Part shown: positions 18,038 to 26,859 of the stretch, in pieces
How the letters are laid out: every line of letters starts with the position of its first letter
Numbering within the stretch: position 1 is the stretch's first letter
Sequence record: SRR9188677_79
Direction: 5' to 3' (one strand)
DNA length: 32,329 nucleotides
Position numbers and translations under genes: made by a program
Notes under the pieces: model-generated
What the model was told of the DNA's origin: nothing
The model's database searches: none
The model's input: only the letters and a program-made list of their open reading frames with translations

Positions 18038-18790
18038 TCAGCTAACTGCCTGTACTTCGGGCTGCATTACTTTCAATGCTTCTTCAGGTGATTTAAGATA
18101 CAGATCATAAATGTACTGCGTGTTACCAACCCGGATCTCATATGTGTCGTTTTCTAACGCCTCCAGAAATTCCTGCGCTACCACCGAAGCGGCTATACCT
18201 CTATGTCCTCCGATAGGCGCTGAGAATTCGGTATCAACCAAAGGCGGCATAAGTTCAAATACTTTTACCTGGCTTGTGCGGTCAAGCGCTATGCGAAGTG
18301 ACTGCGTGTAGGAGTGAAGCGCTGCTTTACTGGCAGAATAGGTGACGAGGCTTCCCGGCACAAAAGCCACAACCGATGAGACATTTACGATCGCTGCTTC
18401 GCCCTGTTCTTTAAGTAACGGGAACAGCTTTTCATTCAAACGGATTACCGACAAGAAGTTAGTAAGCATTTCGTCTTCTGCATATTCGAACGCGTTTTCA
18501 CTTGTTGCGATATCATAAATAACAGCACGGCCAGCATTGTTGATAACAATATTCAAATCCGGGAAATCTTTCTTCAATGTTTCCACCAGAATTTCGGTGT
18601 CTTCTTTTTTGCTAACGTCCGTTACAATTCCGGTTGCATTTGGCAGGAGGGCAAGCGCTTTGTCAAGTCTTGCTTTGTCTCTTCCTGTAATAATTACTTT
18701 GTTACCGCTTGCTGAAAATAATTTAGCGATTTCCAAACCAATACCCGCGGTTCCTCCGCTTATCAATACTGTGTTATCTGTTGTTTTCAT
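18038..18790 (-). CDS. Short-chain dehydrogenase/reductase (DltE-like)
   Basis: SGGTAGIG Rossmann motif, NNAG, catalytic YSASK, PPLVDT. Confidence 0.92.
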   Translation of the reverse strand: MKTTDNTVLISGGTAGIGLEIAKLFSASGNKVIITGRDKARLDKALALLPNATGIVTDVSKKEDTEILVETLKKDFPDLNIVINNAGRAVIYDIATSENAFEYAEDEMLTNFLSVIRLNEKLFPLLKEQGEAAIVNVSSVVAFVPGSLVTYSASKAALHSYTQSLRIALDRTSQVKVFELMPPLVDTEFSAPIGGHRGIAASVVAQEFLEALENDTYEIRVGNTQYIYDLYLKSPEEALKVMQPEVQAVS

Positions 18791-18885
18791 TTTTTAACTG
18801 ATTTTCTAAAATTTATTAATTGATTAATGCTTAAATATGTCTGTACTGCTTGTAACTTTTTCTAGTTTATTACTGCTTCTGATAA

Positions 18886-18905
18886 AAGTGACCAATCGGT
18901 CATTT
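18886..18905. promoter_or_regulatory. Putative TetR operator upstream of the SDR gene
   Basis: AAGTGACCAATCGGTCATTT, 17/20 identical to the palindrome upstream of tetR. Confidence 0.7.
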
Positions 18906-18920
18906 TTTATGCAAAAAAAA

Positions 18921-19508
18921 TTAAGTTGACTGTTCTTCTATTTCCGCTTTTAGCAAGCGAATGATCACTTTCATCCTATCCATATTACCGGATATCCGTG
19001 CCATTAAAATGCCACCTTCCAACATAGCGAATGATTTGACAGCGTAGTCGGTTGAATTCCAAGTCGTTTTAAACTCTCCGTTTGCTTTTCCTTCTTCAAC
19101 AATGTCTATACTTGCCTGCTGAATTGCATTCATAACTTTATTCACTTTTTGCAAAATTACAGGATTGGTATCGTCGGCCTCCATACCAAAATTGAGCATA
19201 GGACACCCGCCAACGACAGCTGGTTTTAATGGATTGCTTAAAGAATCAAGCACTGCCAGCAATTTTTCCTTAGCTGTTTTGTGGCTATTTGCTGCTGCCA
19301 AAATCTTGTTTGCAAGTAAACTTAAATTATAGTCAACCGCTGAATAGGCAAGCTCTTCTTTATTTTCAAAATGAACATACAAACTTCCTTTGGCCAGTTT
19401 GGTCGCCTCCATGATATCGCTCATTGCAGTTCCGGCCACGCCCTTTGTATTGAATATCGGAGCCGATTTCTCAATGATAAATTGCCGTGTTTTTTCTGCC
19501 TTGGTCAT
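18921..19508 (-). CDS. TetR/AcrR family transcriptional regulator
   Basis: HTH region KGVAGTAMSDIMEATKLAKGSLYVHFENKEEL; GCP motif in the C-domain. Confidence 0.95.
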   Translation of the reverse strand: MTKAEKTRQFIIEKSAPIFNTKGVAGTAMSDIMEATKLAKGSLYVHFENKEELAYSAVDYNLSLLANKILAAANSHKTAKEKLLAVLDSLSNPLKPAVVGGCPMLNFGMEADDTNPVILQKVNKVMNAIQQASIDIVEEGKANGEFKTTWNSTDYAVKSFAMLEGGILMARISGNMDRMKVIIRLLKAEIEEQST

Positions 19509-19529
19509 GTTCTCATCTTAATAACGGCT

Positions 19530-19556
19530 CAAAGATAAATGACCGTTCGGTCATTT
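19530..19556 (-). promoter_or_regulatory. tetR promoter (-7 box TATCTTTG) overlapped by a perfect palindromic operator
   Basis: CAAAGATA at 19530-19537; AAATGACCG-TT-CGGTCATTT at 19537-19556. Confidence 0.8.
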
Positions 19557-19606
19557 CCTAATTTATTTTCAGGAACTTTTTTAAATTCATTTCCGCTAAT
19601 CTTAAT

Positions 19607-20761
19607 ATGGAAATCGCGGATAAGTCAGATATGTCAAGAACTGTTCAGAAATATAAGGTGCCGGTATTAAAGAAGAATCAGCCGGACGACACGAATAAAT
19701 TTCTGCCTGCTCCTGAGCCAACGGGCGCTTACCCTTATCATTTGGCTTTAGAAACCATAAAGCCGATCGTGAGTAATGAGAAGCTGGTATTTCAGATTCT
19801 GGGTGATACCGGAAGCATGCGTAACCCCGATTTCATAAAGTATGTCGTTGGCGAAATGGTGAAACAGTACGGACCTGTAGCAAGCGAGGAAGACAAGCCG
19901 CAGTTCCTGTTTCATTTGGGCGACATCGTCTATAACCACGGAGAAGCGGAGCAATATAAGCGGCAGTTTTTTGAGCCCTACAAATATTACCCGGCTCCGA
20001 TATTTGCCATTGCTGGAAACCACGACAGCGATGTGAATCCGGACAATACCAGGAAATACAAGAGTCTGGACGCTTTTAAGGCTGTTTTTTGTGACGAAGT
20101 TTCTAAAACTGTATCGTTTAGCGGAAACTCTGATCGCAAAAGTATGACACAACCCAATGTGTACTGGACGCTAGAAACGCCTCTTGCCAACATCATTGGC
20201 ATGCATAGCAACGTGCCAAAATTCGGCGTTGTGACACAGGAGCAAAGGAGTTGGTTAGTCGACGAACTCAAAGCTGCAGACCAACAGCGGCCGGATAAGG
20301 CGCTTATTCTTTGTATTCACCATTCACCGTTTTCAGCAGATATCAACCATGGTTCCAGCTTGCCAATGATTGAGCTTCTGGAAGGGGTTTTTGAAGAAAC
20401 AGGCATCAAACCCGATATTGTCTTTAGCGGTCATGTCCACAATTATCAACGGTTTGTTAAGCGCTATTCTGATGGGAAGGAAGTTCCTTTCGTTGTAGCA
20501 GGTGCCGGCGGATACGACGAGCTGCACAGCATCGCCAGAACAGACGACCCTCATTTTACCTCAGAAAATCCCCTTTTCGACAACGTGCATCTAAAAACTT
20601 TTTGTGATGACCAACATGGCTTTCTTAAGATTTCAATCGAAAAGGAGATTACCGGACTAAAGCTTACTGGAGAGTATTACTCCATACCGCAAACAAGCAG
20701 GCATCAGAAAGACTATCTGCCAAGTTCTCTATTGGCGGATCGTTTTGTTATCGACATTTAA
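19607..20761 (+). CDS. Calcineurin-like metallophosphoesterase with purple-acid-phosphatase-type motifs
   Basis: GDTG, GDIVY, GNHD, IHH and GHVH; no obvious signal peptide; alternative start ATG 19631. Confidence 0.9.
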   Translation: MEIADKSDMSRTVQKYKVPVLKKNQPDDTNKFLPAPEPTGAYPYHLALETIKPIVSNEKLVFQILGDTGSMRNPDFIKYVVGEMVKQYGPVASEEDKPQFLFHLGDIVYNHGEAEQYKRQFFEPYKYYPAPIFAIAGNHDSDVNPDNTRKYKSLDAFKAVFCDEVSKTVSFSGNSDRKSMTQPNVYWTLETPLANIIGMHSNVPKFGVVTQEQRSWLVDELKAADQQRPDKALILCIHHSPFSADINHGSSLPMIELLEGVFEETGIKPDIVFSGHVHNYQRFVKRYSDGKEVPFVVAGAGGYDELHSIARTDDPHFTSENPLFDNVHLKTFCDDQHGFLKISIEKEITGLKLTGEYYSIPQTSRHQKDYLPSSLLADRFVIDI

Positions 20762-20795
20762 GTTCGCTTGCCTGATGCTGAACCAGGTTGGCAAG

Positions 20796-22982
20796 TCAAT
20801 TTTGATCGGGCTTTAAAGGACATTTAAGTACGATAACCGATCGCCCGGCTACTTTAATGGAATCACCGGAAACCAGGCTTACACCATCGTCTCCTACAAA
20901 ACCGTCATCGGTATCAAGTACCTTTTGCCAGGCCGTTTTGCATTCCTCTGCCGGCAATACATAGTCAAGTGCTTCGTGATGGGCGTTGAAGATGAGGTAA
21001 AAGTTATCGTCTATGATCTTTTTCCCGTCATAATTTACACACCTGATTCCATCCCCTGCAAGGAAAACGCCAAGGGATTTGGCATAACCGTGGGTCCAGT
21101 TCTCTTGCGACATTTCAATTCCTTCGGGTAAGTACCAGATAATATCCGTCCGGCCGGAACCTTGTACAGGTATGCCTTGAAACCAGCGCCTTCTCCTGAA
21201 AGTCGGATGTTTTTTACAGAGTTTTATAACTCCTTTTGTGAAGGCCAAAAGTTTTTGATCTGCACTTGCCCAGTCTACCCATGAAATTTCATTATCCTGG
21301 CAATAGGCATTGTTATTACCCTGCTGCGTACGGCCAAACTCATCTCCTGCGACAAGCATGGGAACCCCCTGAGAAAGAAACAAGGTGGTTAAGAAGTTTC
21401 TTTTTTGCTTGTTACGAAGTGCAATAATCTCCTGGTTGTCAGTTGGGCCTTCCTCTCCGCAGTTCCAGGAACGGTTGTGATTTTCACCATCGCGATTGTC
21501 GTCGAAGTTGGCCTCATTGTGCTTCTGATTATATGAAACCAGGTCGTTCAACGTAAAACCGTCATGCGCAGTAACGAAGTTAATACTCGCAGTTGGCCTG
21601 CGGTAGCCACCTTTATACAAGTCAGGGCTTCCTGTGAACCGCATGGCAAATTCGGCCAGCTTGCTTTCTGCCCCGCGCCAATAATCCCTGATGCAGTCCC
21701 GGTATAGGCCGTTCCATTCAGCCCAGCCGGGAGGGAATTTCCCGACCAGATATCCGGCTTCACCTACATCCCATGGTTCGGCGATGAGTTTCACCTGAGA
21801 AATAATCGGATCCTGATGAATGATGCTAAAAAATGCACTCAGATTATCAGTGTCATGCAAAGTTCTTGCAAGCGTAGAGGCTAGGTCAAACCGGAATCCG
21901 TCTATATGCATTTCGGTGATCCAGTAACGGAGGCTATCCATAATGAGACCCAGAACGAACGGAAGTCTTACGTTCAAGGTATTCCCCGTACCCGTATAAT
22001 CCTGGTAATAACGCTGGTTGTCAAACGCAAGCCGGTAGTAGGAAACGTTGTCAATGCCTTTGAAAGAAAGGGTAGGACCCAGATGATTCCCTTCGGCTGT
22101 ATGGTTGTAAACTACATCCAATATCACCTCAATACCCGCTTTGTGGAGTTCCTTTACGAGATTTTTGAATTCATTTACTTGTTCACCCATTTTACCTGTG
22201 CTGCTATACCGCGCATCAGGGGCGAAGTAGCCAAGCGTATTGTATCCCCAATAGTTCGTAAGGCCCTTCTCAACAAGATGACGATCGGCGACGAAATGAT
22301 GAATTGGCATTATTTCCAGTGCCGTAATGCCCAGGTCTTTTAAATATGATATGGCTGCCGGATGAGCCATTCCGGCATAGGTTCCACGTATTTCTTCCGG
22401 AATTTCTGGATGCAGTTTTGTAAATCCTTTTAAATGCGCTTCATAAATAATCGTATCGCTATACTGGATCTTTGGTGGCTTGTCGCCTTCCCAATCAAAA
22501 TCAGTATCTACAACGATGGATTTCGGAATAAAAGGAGCGCTGTTTTTATCACTGTAACTCAAGTCCTCCTCTGGATTGCCAATCTGGTAGGCAAACAACG
22601 CGTCATCCCACTTAATGATCCCGGTAACTGCTTTGGTGTAGGGATCAATGAGTAATTTTGAGGGATTGAACCGCAAACCATTCTGCGGCTCGTAAGGGCC
22701 ATGCACTCTGTAGCCGTATAATTGGCCGGGTTTTAGTTCCGGCAAATACACATGCCATATATGGTGTGTAACCTCTTCTATTTTTATAATTGCACTTTCA
22801 GTAGCGTCATCTGCTTTGTCGAATAAGCAGAGCTCTACACCTGTGGCGTTCTCTGCAAATATTGCAAAGTTTACTCCTTCCCCTGTCCAGGTTGACCCAA
22901 GCGGGTATGGACTTCCAGGCAGCACTACCATTTTTTCGTTTTCCGGGGATTCTAAAAGTTCGTTTTGTAATAGCTCTTCCAT
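20796..22982 (-). CDS. glgX: Glycogen debranching enzyme (isoamylase, GH13)
   Basis: GSPYPLG, NYWGY, DVVYNHTAEG, DGFRFDLA, AEPWD, HDGFTLNDLVSYN, GNNNAYCQDN. Confidence 0.96.
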   Translation of the reverse strand: MEELLQNELLESPENEKMVVLPGSPYPLGSTWTGEGVNFAIFAENATGVELCLFDKADDATESAIIKIEEVTHHIWHVYLPELKPGQLYGYRVHGPYEPQNGLRFNPSKLLIDPYTKAVTGIIKWDDALFAYQIGNPEEDLSYSDKNSAPFIPKSIVVDTDFDWEGDKPPKIQYSDTIIYEAHLKGFTKLHPEIPEEIRGTYAGMAHPAAISYLKDLGITALEIMPIHHFVADRHLVEKGLTNYWGYNTLGYFAPDARYSSTGKMGEQVNEFKNLVKELHKAGIEVILDVVYNHTAEGNHLGPTLSFKGIDNVSYYRLAFDNQRYYQDYTGTGNTLNVRLPFVLGLIMDSLRYWITEMHIDGFRFDLASTLARTLHDTDNLSAFFSIIHQDPIISQVKLIAEPWDVGEAGYLVGKFPPGWAEWNGLYRDCIRDYWRGAESKLAEFAMRFTGSPDLYKGGYRRPTASINFVTAHDGFTLNDLVSYNQKHNEANFDDNRDGENHNRSWNCGEEGPTDNQEIIALRNKQKRNFLTTLFLSQGVPMLVAGDEFGRTQQGNNNAYCQDNEISWVDWASADQKLLAFTKGVIKLCKKHPTFRRRRWFQGIPVQGSGRTDIIWYLPEGIEMSQENWTHGYAKSLGVFLAGDGIRCVNYDGKKIIDDNFYLIFNAHHEALDYVLPAEECKTAWQKVLDTDDGFVGDDGVSLVSGDSIKVAGRSVIVLKCPLKPDQN

Positions 22983-23016
22983 CGTCTTTCATAACTTGAT
23001 TATAAAATTCGACCCA

Positions 23017-23031
23017 CAAATTCCCGTGCCA
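23017..23031 (-). promoter_or_regulatory. sigma54-like motif TGGCAC-N5-TTTG upstream of glgX
   Basis: Reverse complement TGGCACGGGAATTTG, 34 nt upstream of the start. Confidence 0.55.
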
Positions 23032-23069
23032 GCAGTCCTTGTATGGATTTCTCGTCTTAACTCTTGAAA

Positions 23070-23084
23070 TGGTATGGTTTTTGA
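23070..23084 (+). promoter_or_regulatory. sigma54-like motif TGGTAT-N5-TTGA upstream of the DUF748 gene
   Basis: Read directly; back-to-back with the glgX site. Confidence 0.5.
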
Positions 23085-23123
23085 CAAGCGGCATTGTAGA
23101 AATCATTACGAAATACGCACTGC

Positions 23124-24308
23124 ATGGGAGCTGCTCCAAGAAGTCATAAAATGCGAAAAGCGGGTTGGTATTTTCTAGCCTTCATTATTTTGGTAATCGT
23201 AGTCAGACTGATTTTACCGTATGTTGTTTTGCATCTGGTGAATAAAAACCTGGCTACAATGAATGGATACTATGGGCATGTCGATGACATCGACTTGGCG
23301 ATAATACGCGGTGCTTATCAGATAGACAGCATTTACCTAAATAAAAAAGATACTGTAACAAGCAAACAGACCCCCTTTTTTGCATCCAGGCAAATCGATC
23401 TTTCTGTGGAATGGAAGTCGCTTTTTAAAGGTTCTATTGTCGGAGAAGTTGTGTTAAACGAGCCCATGCTCAGGTTTACAAAGGACAAAGTGGAGCCGAA
23501 GGATGTTGCCAGGGATTCGTCGGACTTGAAGGAATTGCTCGACGATTTCATGCCGTTACGGATCAACCGTTGTGAAATTAACAATGGAAGAATTAAATAT
23601 ATTGATGAGAGTTCGAAGCCGAAAGTCGATGTAGAGATGACGAATGTTCACCTACTGGCGCAAAATTTAAGGAACAGTTATGATTCATCAGCGGTGCTAC
23701 CAGCCACCATCGATGCCAAAGCATCCGTTTACGAAGGAACCCTGACCTTCGATGCAAAGGCAAATCCTCTGGCCGATTCTCCTACTTTTGACATGAGCGC
23801 GGAGTTGAAAAATACAAATTTGGTGAAGCTTAATGACTTTTTTAAGGCTTATGCAAAGGTAGATGTCAATAAAGGAAGGTTTGGGCTTTATACCGAAGTA
23901 GCGGCCAAAGACAAGCAATTTACGGGTTATGTCAAACCCATTATTCAGGATCTGGATGTGCTTGGGCATGAAGATAGGAAAGATAATATTTTTCAAAAAG
24001 CCTGGGAAGGTCTTGTAGGAGTAGTGGGAGAAGTTTTTCAAAATCAAAGGAAGGATCAGTTGGCAACAAAAATTCCTTTTCAGGGAAGCCTGGACGATCC
24101 AAAGGCAAATATTTGGCTTACATTAACCCGCGTATTGCAAAACGCCTTTATTCATGCCATTCAACCTTCTCTTGACAATGAAATAAATTTGGGTTCAGTG
24201 AACGTTAAAAAGGAGGAAAAGAAGACTTTTTTACAAAAGATATTCTCAAAAGACGGGAAGGACAAGAAAAATAAGAAAGAGGATAAAAAAAATAAGAAAA
24301 ACAAATAA
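23124..24308 (+). CDS. DUF748/AsmA-like membrane-anchored protein with Lys-rich C-terminal tail
   Basis: N-terminal TM anchor then YYGHVDDIDLAIIRGAY, GYVKP, ATKIPFQGSL, LQNAFIHA; alternative start ATG 23151. Confidence 0.8.
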   Translation: MGAAPRSHKMRKAGWYFLAFIILVIVVRLILPYVVLHLVNKNLATMNGYYGHVDDIDLAIIRGAYQIDSIYLNKKDTVTSKQTPFFASRQIDLSVEWKSLFKGSIVGEVVLNEPMLRFTKDKVEPKDVARDSSDLKELLDDFMPLRINRCEINNGRIKYIDESSKPKVDVEMTNVHLLAQNLRNSYDSSAVLPATIDAKASVYEGTLTFDAKANPLADSPTFDMSAELKNTNLVKLNDFFKAYAKVDVNKGRFGLYTEVAAKDKQFTGYVKPIIQDLDVLGHEDRKDNIFQKAWEGLVGVVGEVFQNQRKDQLATKIPFQGSLDDPKANIWLTLTRVLQNAFIHAIQPSLDNEINLGSVNVKKEEKKTFLQKIFSKDGKDKKNKKEDKKNKKNK

Positions 24309-24323
24309 TCAACATACATCATT

Positions 24324-24521
24324 ATGGGCGATCCACAATTTAAGGAAGGAGACTGGGTAAAAGACAAAAACGGAACTCAGGGAATGACGGTGGTCAGTTA
24401 CATTAAAGATACCGGAAACTCAGCATATACAGGTGAAGTGAGGTGCCGTTATAAAAATTCGGTGGGTGAGGAGGTGGAAACCAATTTCTGGGAGGCAGAT
24501 CTGGTGAAACTTAACTCGTAA
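24324..24521 (+). CDS. YodC/DUF2158-like small protein
   Basis: FKEGDWV...GMTV...VRCRY...FWEADL pattern, 65 aa. Confidence 0.65.
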   Translation: MGDPQFKEGDWVKDKNGTQGMTVVSYIKDTGNSAYTGEVRCRYKNSVGEEVETNFWEADLVKLNS

Positions 24522-24575
24522 GGGTACAGTTTTGTTTTTTAACTTGTACTGCTTTTTTAATTTAAACAAAATAAA

Positions 24576-25127
24576 ATGGGAAACTCCGGCGTAACATACA
24601 ATTTACCGGGAACGGTTTCTGGTGTGTTTTTTACAAAAAAAGACGCAGATGCTGCTTATAATTCTCTCCTGAAAAGGGGGCACACGGAGGATGATATTTC
24701 CATTCTGATGTCGGACGAAACGCTCAGTACCCACAAGGCGGTATATACCGATGACGATCTGGTTGATCCTAAAAAAGAGGTTGACAACACATTGGAACGG
24801 GCCAAGGACGTTATTGCAAGTGCAATCATCTCTATTACAACGATGGTTTCTCTGCCGGGCTTAGGCATTGCCATTTCAAATACGTTATTCAGGAAGGTTA
24901 CCAGAACAATTGAACATCATGATGGCGAGAAGGCGGTCGGCCATGTGCTTGGCTCGACAATCCCCGACGATCATACAGAATCTTACAGGGATAGCATGAG
25001 GGAAGGCGGTATTATCCTCAGTGTGGACCCCAGGAATGCTGACGAAAAGCGCGCTATCGTAAAAGATTTCAAAGCACACAATGGCCACGACATCCTTGGC
25101 GATGATGGCTACACGGAACTAGATTAG
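24576..25127 (+). CDS. General-stress-protein-like (YflT-type) hypothetical protein
   Basis: VSGVF...ADAAYNSL..RG...DDISILM at the N-terminus, LPGLG and YRDSMREGGIILSV. Confidence 0.65.
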   Translation: MGNSGVTYNLPGTVSGVFFTKKDADAAYNSLLKRGHTEDDISILMSDETLSTHKAVYTDDDLVDPKKEVDNTLERAKDVIASAIISITTMVSLPGLGIAISNTLFRKVTRTIEHHDGEKAVGHVLGSTIPDDHTESYRDSMREGGIILSVDPRNADEKRAIVKDFKAHNGHDILGDDGYTELD

Positions 25128-25146
25128 AGACAAGAAGAGGTTTAGA

Positions 25147-26133
25147 ATGAACAAACATGATATTATAGTTATAGGATCATCCGCAGGGGGTGTTTTTGCT
25201 TTGAAGGAATTGGTTGGCTCGTTGCCGGAAGACTTTCAGGCGGCGATTTTTATTGTTCAGCATGTGGCTCCAAATTTTCCAAGTTTTTTGCCTTCGATTT
25301 TAAGTAAGGAGGGGAAATTGAAAGCATCCCATCCCGAAGACGGAGAGCAAATCCGTCCGGGCCATATTTACATTGCCCCTCCGGATTTGCATATGTTAAT
25401 TGAAAACGATTGCGTGCTTGTAAGAAGAGGCCCTAAGGAAAATCGTTTCAGGCCATCGATCGATGCACTTTTCCGGTCTGCTGCTTACAATTATGGCTCA
25501 CGGGTAATCGGCGTAATTCTTACCGGGATGCTGGATGACGGTTCCTCGGGTATGTGGTCTGTTAAGCGGCTGGGCGGGATTGGTATCATTCAGGCGCCCG
25601 AAGATGCCAAGTATCCGTCCATGCCACAAAGCGTGCTTGACTATGTCGAGGTGGATTACAATGTTCCTTTGTCTGAATTGGGAATGCTACTCAGTAAACT
25701 CGTAAAAGCACCGGTACTTGAGATGACAACTAACGGATCTCCCGATTTAGAGAGAATGAAGGTGGAAATTGATACTGCGGCTCAAAGAAACGCATTTGAA
25801 GAAGGTATTATGGAAATTGGAGAACTTTCGCCCTTAACTTGCCCTGAGTGCAAAGGCGTACTTCTGAAGTTGAGAGAAGGCAATTTGATCCGGTACAGGT
25901 GCCACACAGGACATTCTTATCAGGCAACATCATTACTATCTGGCATTACGGAAGCGGTAGAGATGAAACTCTGGGAAGCGCTTAAAAATCTGGAAGAAAA
26001 GGTAATGCTTCTGGAAGATACAGCCAAAGAGAGTAAATTAAATGACAACGTAACAGCATCCGATGATTTAATTGAAAAGGCGGAAATTGCCAGGAAGCGT
26101 GCACAGAAGCTTCGGGAGTTTTTATTCGAATAG
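25147..26133 (+). CDS. cheB: Stand-alone CheB-type methylesterase with C-terminal putative Zn-binding domain
   Basis: GSSAGG (Ser), VQH (His), LTGMLDDG (Asp), RPSIDALFRSAA; C-terminal CPECKG...YRCHTGH; no receiver domain. Confidence 0.88.
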   Translation: MNKHDIIVIGSSAGGVFALKELVGSLPEDFQAAIFIVQHVAPNFPSFLPSILSKEGKLKASHPEDGEQIRPGHIYIAPPDLHMLIENDCVLVRRGPKENRFRPSIDALFRSAAYNYGSRVIGVILTGMLDDGSSGMWSVKRLGGIGIIQAPEDAKYPSMPQSVLDYVEVDYNVPLSELGMLLSKLVKAPVLEMTTNGSPDLERMKVEIDTAAQRNAFEEGIMEIGELSPLTCPECKGVLLKLREGNLIRYRCHTGHSYQATSLLSGITEAVEMKLWEALKNLEEKVMLLEDTAKESKLNDNVTASDDLIEKAEIARKRAQKLREFLFE

Positions 26134-26272
26134 TTTGAAAATCAGCTTTTCAACCAATTCATTCACGAATTGTTTGGGCGTATATACCTTAACCGTACGC
26201 GATAGTCGTGATGATTGAACTTACCGAAACCTTTTTAGAATGAGAATGATGAATGCGTTGCTTATTCGAACA

Positions 26273-26743
26273 TCATAAAGCGTATTGAAGCTGTCCGTCC
26301 ATGTAAATGCTTTTTGTTAACGCTTTACTTAAATTTCTGTTAATGTCTTCTATTTTGACAAGATGATCTGCAAATATTGAGTTGGCTTCAAGTGTCAGGA
26401 CGTTTTTCTGGCTCAAAAGATTTTTATAAATTCTAATCGCTCTTTGTTCTTGTTCCTGTAGCATAAACGCGATGGATGTTTTGTCTTCCCAGGGAAATAT
26501 AAAATCCTTTCTTAAATTCTTAATCCCCTGAATATCGCCATCGCTCAAAGAAGATTTGACCTGGTCGTATATCCATTGAATTTCTTTTTTGAATAACAAT
26601 GAACTGCTGAAACCCTGGCTGCAAGTTCTGCGAAGGGTTCCCAGATCTTCAAATCCCATAGCCTGCTTGTACAGGTTCTCCCTGCGTAAATGAATGTTCC
26701 ACAAATTTACAATATTGAGTACGAAAGGATGAAGATCTTCCAT
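26273..26743 (-). CDS. Hypothetical protein, possibly a ferritin-like four-helix bundle
   Basis: Helical pattern RENLYKQA...EQEQRAIRIYKNLL...DHLVKI resembles PA2169/DUF2383-type proteins; weak. Confidence 0.55.
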   Translation of the reverse strand: MEDLHPFVLNIVNLWNIHLRRENLYKQAMGFEDLGTLRRTCSQGFSSSLLFKKEIQWIYDQVKSSLSDGDIQGIKNLRKDFIFPWEDKTSIAFMLQEQEQRAIRIYKNLLSQKNVLTLEANSIFADHLVKIEDINRNLSKALTKSIYMDGQLQYAL

Positions 26744-26793
26744 GATGCCTGAAGTGGGTTGTAGAACTTTATAGTATTTGTAAAATCAATTTG

Positions 26794-26808
26794 ACAATTA
26801 TTATGCCA
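26794..26808 (-). promoter_or_regulatory. sigma54-like motif TGGCAT-N5-TTGT
   Basis: Reverse complement TGGCATAATAATTGT, 50 nt upstream of the start at 26743. Confidence 0.6.
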
Positions 26809-26859
26809 GGTATTACTAATAAAATCTTACTTAATACGAATGGCCGGGAAGACAGATTA

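Noticed and set aside
19571-19590. AGGAACTTTTTTAAA as another sigma54-like or ECF promoter
   Set aside because: Ambiguous; both boxes deviate from the shared motif
24521-24535. AGGGTACAGTTTTGT as a member of the shared motif
   Set aside because: Spacing is off by one relative to the other sites; possible but not counted
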